From Acidimicrobiia bacterium (GTDB lineage: Bacteria; Actinomycetota; Acidimicrobiia; IMCC26256; JAGNEX01): a stretch of DNA of 64,000 nucleotides. Numbering within the stretch: position 1 is the stretch's first letter; each line of letters starts with the position of its first letter. A model generated the notes under the pieces. The model ran no database searches and was not told the DNA's origin. It saw only the letters and a list, made by a program, of their open reading frames with translations. Position numbers and translations under genes: made by a program. The stretch is from positions 464,776 through 528,775 of the forward strand of contig JACJWE010000002.1 in the NCBI GenBank assembly GCA_020637365.1, in the 5' to 3' direction. Below are positions 59,192-64,000 of this stretch, in pieces.

Positions 59192-61564
59192 CTATCTCAG
59201 CGCTTCGACTCTGGCGGGGACGTGCTTATGATACGGGGTACCGGCGATGGGGTCTCGGTGACTGGTCGAAGTGAGACTGTTCGGCGGAACACCAACCCGC
59301 TCAGCCGTTGGCAGTTCGGTGACGCCATAGCCGTTGGGCAACGAGATATGACCGGCCCGCATCATCGGGCTGATCTCGACGACAGCTTCTGCCGAGCCTC
59401 GAGCCGTCGTCACCAGTGCCCGGTCGCCATCGTTCAGACCCAACGCATCTGCGTCCGCCGCTGACATCCTCAACCCACCGTCGCGGTCCCGTTTACGCCA
59501 GTCGGGGCTCCGGAAGATCGTGACGGCAGTGAACGATCGTCGTTCACCAGCAGACAAGACCAGTGGAAAGTCGGGATCAGATCCAGGGATCTTGGCGGTC
59601 GCCAGGCCATCGAGAGCGTCGAACAGTTCTGGAATCGCGACGTTGATGCGACCGTCAGGAGTCTGGACCCGCGACCAGCAGACCTCGGGTTCGTCGACAC
59701 TGAAGATCACCCCGCTCGAGCTCTTCAAGATGGCATCGAACAGCGCGTCGCCCAGCGCCAGACCGTCACCTACAAAACCCGCACGTTCGATACTCGGACC
59801 GATGCTCAAGGAGGCGATGTTGACCGCACCCCACAACAACGCCGCTGAGGCCGCCCCGTCGGGAAGGGTCGGGCCCAGCGTCCGATACAAGATGACCGGC
59901 ATGACCTTCGCCGCGTCAGGGTGTTCAGCCATGAAGCCCATGAACGCCTGCCCGAAGGCTTCGCGGCCGGACTGCGCAGCGGCGTGCAACGGCTCCAAAT
60001 CAAGGTCGTCCAACGCACCGAGCGCTTCGACGATCCGGGCGTGAATCTCAGCTTCGGGCAACGTCCCGTCCAGCGGCTCGATCATGGGGCGACGCAGGTG
60101 AAAGTAGTTGTGCGGAAACTCGAAGTTGAAGAACGTCGCTTCCCATTTCTCATACTGCGATGACGCCGGCAGCACATAGTCAGCGAGCTGAGCCGTCTCG
60201 GTCATGGCAACGTCGATGACCACCAGATAGTCGAGCGCCTCCAGCGCCTCCCGCATACGGGGGCTATCCGCGAGGGAATGCGCCGGATTGGCGGACTCGA
60301 CCAGCATCGCCCGAAAACGATCCGGGTGATCGCTGAGGATCTCCTCGCTGATCACATTGCCGGGGACCAGCCCCGAGATGATCGACGTGCCGGTCACCCG
60401 GGTCCGCTGCGAACCGTCGGTTCCCCGAGGCGAGTTGTTCGCCAACGCGACGATCGGCGCCGGAATGTAGTGGCCGCCAGGCACCGCAAAGTTGCCGGTC
60501 AACGCCCACAGCAGCTTGTCGAGATAGCTGGTGAGGGTCGAGTTGAGGTTCATCTGAACGCCCAGATCCTCATAAACCGACACACTGGACGCCGTTCCGA
60601 TACGGCGAGCAACCGTGCGGATCAGGTCGGCGTCGACATCGCAGATGGCCGCGTATCGGTCGATATCGACGCTGACCAAATGCGGCGTCAGTTCGTCGAG
60701 CCCGGTGCTGTGTTCGGCCAGCCACGCTCTGTTGATGAGGTCTTCCTGAAGGAGTACGGCGGCCAACGCCGCGAAGCACCAGGCATCGGTTCCGGGACGA
60801 ACCGCCAGGTGGTAGTCAGCGAGTTCTGCGGTTTCGCTGCGGCGCGGGTCGATGACGACCATCGTGCGGTTGGGATCGCGGGCGATCTCTTTGAGCGTCC
60901 GTCGGGCCTGCGCGATGCCGTGCGACTGGTAGGGGTTCTTGCCGACCCACACCGATACCTCGGCGTGCTCGAAATCGCCCCGGGTGTAGTTGCCCACCAC
61001 CCGGCCATTGACCCAGAACTCGCCGAGTTTCTCTTGGCCGAGAGCATTCGACTTGTACTTGCTGCCCAGCACTGCTCTGGTTGCCGCTGCGTAGCCGCCG
61101 TTCAGGTGATTGCCTTGGCCACCGCCGCCGTAATAGAAGATCGACTCCCCACCGTAGGTGTCACGCACACGGGCAAAGTTGGCGGCGACATCAGCGATGG
61201 CAGTGTCCCAGTCGACGGGTTCATAGGTGCCGTCGGGTCGGCGACGCATTGGGGTGTCGAGGCGGTGCGGGCCGTTCTGGTAGTGGTTGATTCGCAGCGC
61301 CTTTTCACAGGTATACCCCTGCGATGCCGGATGCGCCTTGTCACCGCGGACCCGCTCGATGGTCCGCCGATCGTCGCCGAGCCGCACCTCGATCCCGCAG
61401 TTGCATTCACACAGGATGCACGCCGTCTGATGCCACTGCGCAGCGGCTGCGTCGCCGCCTGCGGCACCGATCGTCGCCTCGGTTCCAGGCTTCGTCTCGC
61501 CCGCGACGTCCGGCGACGACAGCGTCCCACCTGTGACCGGGTCGATGGGGATCGTGGTGGTCAT
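59192..61564 (-). CDS. Molybdopterin (bis-MGD) oxidoreductase family protein with N-terminal 4Fe-4S cluster motif
   Basis: GAGGAAGG lies upstream of ATG 61564. Cluster motif HQTACILCECNCGIEV...C. Long MopB-type core and a C-terminal MGD-binding domain (ALVTTARGSAEAVVEISPMMRAGHISLPNGYG). Confidence 0.8.
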   Translation of the reverse strand: MTTTIPIDPVTGGTLSSPDVAGETKPGTEATIGAAGGDAAAAQWHQTACILCECNCGIEVRLGDDRRTIERVRGDKAHPASQGYTCEKALRINHYQNGPHRLDTPMRRRPDGTYEPVDWDTAIADVAANFARVRDTYGGESIFYYGGGGQGNHLNGGYAAATRAVLGSKYKSNALGQEKLGEFWVNGRVVGNYTRGDFEHAEVSVWVGKNPYQSHGIAQARRTLKEIARDPNRTMVVIDPRRSETAELADYHLAVRPGTDAWCFAALAAVLLQEDLINRAWLAEHSTGLDELTPHLVSVDIDRYAAICDVDADLIRTVARRIGTASSVSVYEDLGVQMNLNSTLTSYLDKLLWALTGNFAVPGGHYIPAPIVALANNSPRGTDGSQRTRVTGTSIISGLVPGNVISEEILSDHPDRFRAMLVESANPAHSLADSPRMREALEALDYLVVIDVAMTETAQLADYVLPASSQYEKWEATFFNFEFPHNYFHLRRPMIEPLDGTLPEAEIHARIVEALGALDDLDLEPLHAAAQSGREAFGQAFMGFMAEHPDAAKVMPVILYRTLGPTLPDGAASAALLWGAVNIASLSIGPSIERAGFVGDGLALGDALFDAILKSSSGVIFSVDEPEVCWSRVQTPDGRINVAIPELFDALDGLATAKIPGSDPDFPLVLSAGERRSFTAVTIFRSPDWRKRDRDGGLRMSAADADALGLNDGDRALVTTARGSAEAVVEISPMMRAGHISLPNGYGVTELPTAERVGVPPNSLTSTSHRDPIAGTPYHKHVPARVEALR

Positions 61565-61930
61565 GGTGACCTTCCTCAAAGTCTGCGCTGACTGAGTTGA
61601 ACAGTTAGACCGGGAGACAGACGCTCGGTGTTGGAGCTGCTTTGGCAAACCGCGCCGCGGAGGAGCGGAGCCCCAAGTTCTGCGTTGCGGCACGGTACCC
61701 GGCTCAAGTTCTATCATGCAACTCTAACCGGGGTGGCCGTGCTCATGAAGCGGACCGACACCAGGAACCGCTCCACCTGGGAGAGATCACAGCCAATCCC
61801 GGCCCCGGCTACCCCACTTCCTGAAAGCCGAAGGTCCGGCACTTCAGCATCTGCTGCGGGCGATCCCCCAGGCGCCCCTCTCTTGCCTTATGGCAGGGTC
61901 TGCTGCCGTGCAAGGTTGACGGGGCAGCGC

Positions 61931-62776
61931 TCAGCGTTTGTCCTGCATTGGTGCGTTTGTGGGAGGCCGGTTGGTTGTATCGGCGCCGATCTCACGCAGG
62001 CAGTCCTCAATCGCTTGAGCTACTTCGTCGGGTTGCTGCAACGGGACGAAAGTCGTATCGCCGTCGACACCTATCCACTCTGCTCGAGGCAAAGCGTCGA
62101 CGAGCCGGTGGCCGAGCTCACCGGTGAAACAGCGGTCCCCCGTCGCCCACACAACTCGGCTTGGGTAATGAAAGTTGGACAACCACGACGCCGCGTCGAC
62201 CAGCTCATCGCCCTTGATCCCGCAAGTGAAGCGATTGATGTCTCGGCGAATCGCAGCGCTCCTCAACGCAGGGTCTACCCAATCTCGTGTCGTGGAGCTT
62301 GGCCTTGGTGAACTGAGTAGCCGACCGTAGGCAAGCGGTGAATGCCGCACCGCCCTGAATCGAGTTAGTTGCAGCAACAGCCAGGTGGATGGTCGGTAGC
62401 GGGCCGAGCGGATCAGCGGCACGAACCAGCGTGGCGGGAACCGGTCGAAAGCATCGCAGTTGGTGAGCACAAGGCCACGAACGTTGCGCGCAGGGTCGCG
62501 AAGCGCGAGTTGACAGAGTGCTCCGCCCGTGTCGTTGCCGACGAGCACAACCCCCGCAGGATCGAGCCCGGCAGCGAGGGCATTGATCGCCGTCGCAAGC
62601 GATCCGAGGGACAGGTCTCCTGTTGCCGGGACTCGGTGACTACCGAGGGGCCAGTTGGGGACGATACTGCCGATCCCACGCGACGCTAACCGTTCGGCGA
62701 CGGGGCGCCACAGGGTTCCGTCGGTGAAGAACCCGGGCTCCGGCGACTCGACAGATCGTCCTACTCGACGGGCCAT
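61931..62776 (-). CDS. Alpha/beta-fold hydrolase (Asp-nucleophile type, dehalogenase/epoxide-hydrolase-like); N-terminus looks short
   Basis: VVLVGNDTGGALCQ is the nucleophile elbow with Asp, followed by LVLTNCDAFDRFPP. The usual N-terminal beta strands and the HG oxyanion motif are not evident (PEPGFFTDGTLW). Confidence 0.6.
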   Translation of the reverse strand: MARRVGRSVESPEPGFFTDGTLWRPVAERLASRGIGSIVPNWPLGSHRVPATGDLSLGSLATAINALAAGLDPAGVVLVGNDTGGALCQLALRDPARNVRGLVLTNCDAFDRFPPRWFVPLIRSARYRPSTWLLLQLTRFRAVRHSPLAYGRLLSSPRPSSTTRDWVDPALRSAAIRRDINRFTCGIKGDELVDAASWLSNFHYPSRVVWATGDRCFTGELGHRLVDALPRAEWIGVDGDTTFVPLQQPDEVAQAIEDCLREIGADTTNRPPTNAPMQDKR

Positions 62777-62823
62777 CAGTACTGGGTTGGGTCGCCTGGC
62801 GAGAGGTCTGTGAACGGCACAGC

Positions 62824-63060
62824 GTGGGGATCGTGAGCAAGCTCATGGAAGAAGGGATCGACAACGGCGCCATTCGACGCCAACCGGTCCGGCCGCTGTC
62901 ACACCTCATCACAGGAGCGGTCGATGAAGCCGCGCTCTACATCGCAAACTCGCCAGACCCACAGTCGGCCCGGGTGGAGATTGCCGAAAGCCTCAGCCTG
63001 CTCAGCGAGTCCATTGCAGGACCAACGCCACTGCCCAGGGCTCAGGAGCAGGCGGACTGA
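62824..63060 (+). pseudogene. C-terminal (ligand-binding domain) fragment of a TetR-family regulator; no HTH region
   Basis: The 78-aa ORF GIVSKLMEEGIDNGAIRRQPVRPLSHLITGAVDEAALYIANSPDP... resembles TetR_C helices. An in-frame stop lies immediately upstream. Confidence 0.4.
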
Positions 63061-63271
63061 CAGGTGTCCCCATGACCGCTAGGCGTACACAGGAGTAACG
63101 GCCTCGCATCCCAGGCGCTGGCGGTAGAGCAGGGAAGCTTCTTCGGGACGGACGTCTCGCAAGTGTTCGCAAGCAAGATGTGTTCAGGGCACGAGCATGT
63201 TGGAGGGGCCGCCGCAGACCATGCCGGAACTTTCTTTGGGGTTCTATATTGCAACTCAAAGTCGTTAGGCT

Positions 63272-63943
63272 ATGCAGATGAAACGGACTGACACCTCAGA
63301 CTGGCCGTGCACCATCGCTCGCGCCGCTGACGTGCTCGGCGACCACTGGAACCTGCTGATCATCCGACAGGCGTGCCTCGGCACTCGCCGGTTCGACGAC
63401 TTTCAAACAGCGCTCGGCATCAGCAGGAACATCCTGACCCAACGGCTCAACCGCATCGTCGAAGAAGGCATGCTGACCAGGGTGACCTACGACGAAAGCC
63501 GGCAGCGTCACGAATATCGACTCACCGACAAGGGTCGAGAGGTGTACCCCATCCTCGCGGCGATGGCCGCTTGGGGCGACCGCTGGTTGACCGGACCCGA
63601 AGGCACGCCGCTGATCCTGCACCACACCACCTGCGATCACGACATGCACGCCGAAGTCGTCTGCAGCGAGTGCCAGGAACCACTCCACGTCAGAGACATC
63701 CGGGCCACCCCGGGCCCCGGCTACCCTCGTCCTGAACAACGGGTACTGAAGACCCGCTACCCCATAACGGTGGTCCGGGGCAGCGATCCGCAACGGGATC
63801 TACGCACGTTGTCCTCAAGCTCGCCAGTGGGCGCCGAGCACCGCCAACCGACGGCGGACGACGCGACGACGCAGCTGGTCAGGGATGCTTTGTCGGGACG
63901 GATGTCGGCACAGGCAAATGGAGGGCGAGTTGGCCGTTGGTGA
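63272..63943 (+). CDS. HxlR-family winged-helix transcriptional regulator with long C-terminal extension
   Basis: CTIARAADVLGDHWNLLIIRQACLGTRRFDDFQTALGISRNILTQRLNRIVEEGMLTRVTYDESRQRHEYRLTDKGREVYPILAAMAAWGDRW. Confidence 0.8.
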   Translation: MQMKRTDTSDWPCTIARAADVLGDHWNLLIIRQACLGTRRFDDFQTALGISRNILTQRLNRIVEEGMLTRVTYDESRQRHEYRLTDKGREVYPILAAMAAWGDRWLTGPEGTPLILHHTTCDHDMHAEVVCSECQEPLHVRDIRATPGPGYPRPEQRVLKTRYPITVVRGSDPQRDLRTLSSSSPVGAEHRQPTADDATTQLVRDALSGRMSAQANGGRVGRW

Positions 63944-64000
63944 CGACGTCGAGTCGGATCACCTGACCCGGGGAGAGGGTGCGCAGCGCGTCCGACATGC
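63878..64000 (-). CDS. Partial (C-terminal part only) AbrB/MazE/SpoVT-type antitoxin-like protein; start lies beyond the window
   Basis: Own translation of the minus strand: ..MSDALRTLSPGQVIRLDVVTNGQLALHLPVPTSVPTKHP*. It resembles the r..lgl.pGd.v.l.v..dG.l.l.p half of SpoVT-AbrB domains. Confidence 0.3.

Noticed and set aside
60278-61591. 437-aa plus-strand ORF
   Set aside because: Antisense to the molybdopterin oxidoreductase gene.

Overview
High-GC (about 65% by spot counts), densely coding window that looks like an actinobacterial-type chromosome.

- **1-11.6 kb, minus strand:** an exopolysaccharide/O-antigen-like operon. It encodes a Wzx flippase, a Wzy/O-antigen-ligase-like polymerase, GDP-fucose synthase, two GT4 transferases, a hexapeptide acyltransferase, a SAM methyltransferase, a lipoprotein with eight two-cysteine repeats, and a Wzz/BY-kinase-like protein.
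- **11.8-25 kb:** a secreted alpha/beta hydrolase, a PlsC-like acyltransferase, photolyase, a tRNA-Glu/Asp/Phe cluster, an ACT-domain malic enzyme, and a ParA-like ATPase with a small zinc-ribbon partner.
- **26.4-30.0 kb:** a lower-GC locus with two tandem paralogous processive GT2 synthases flanking a 77-aa ORF.
- **30.9-37.9 kb:** MFS and ABC-2 exporters, rsgA, an SGNH hydrolase and an RDD protein.
- **38.0-49.1 kb:** a five-gene glycogen operon, glgA-malQ-glgP-glgB-glgX. malQ carries a decayed GlgB-like C-terminal module, and glgX is broken in at least three places.
- **51.4-58.3 kb:** a toxin-antitoxin / restriction-modification patch. It holds an RHH antitoxin, a Panacea-domain protein coupled to a Phd-like antitoxin and a VapC remnant, a VapB45-like DUF433 plus PIN-like pair, and a NaeI-like endonuclease with a C5 methyltransferase.
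- **Right end:** GNAT, molybdopterin oxidoreductase, alpha/beta hydrolase, TetR remnant and HxlR regulator.

No rRNA, CRISPR, transposase or integrase was recognised. Eight genes look interrupted by single-base frame shifts at ten sites in all, several at short homopolymers. Either the assembly is indel-prone or the lineage is accumulating pseudogenes. All family names come from motif recognition by eye, not from database searches.
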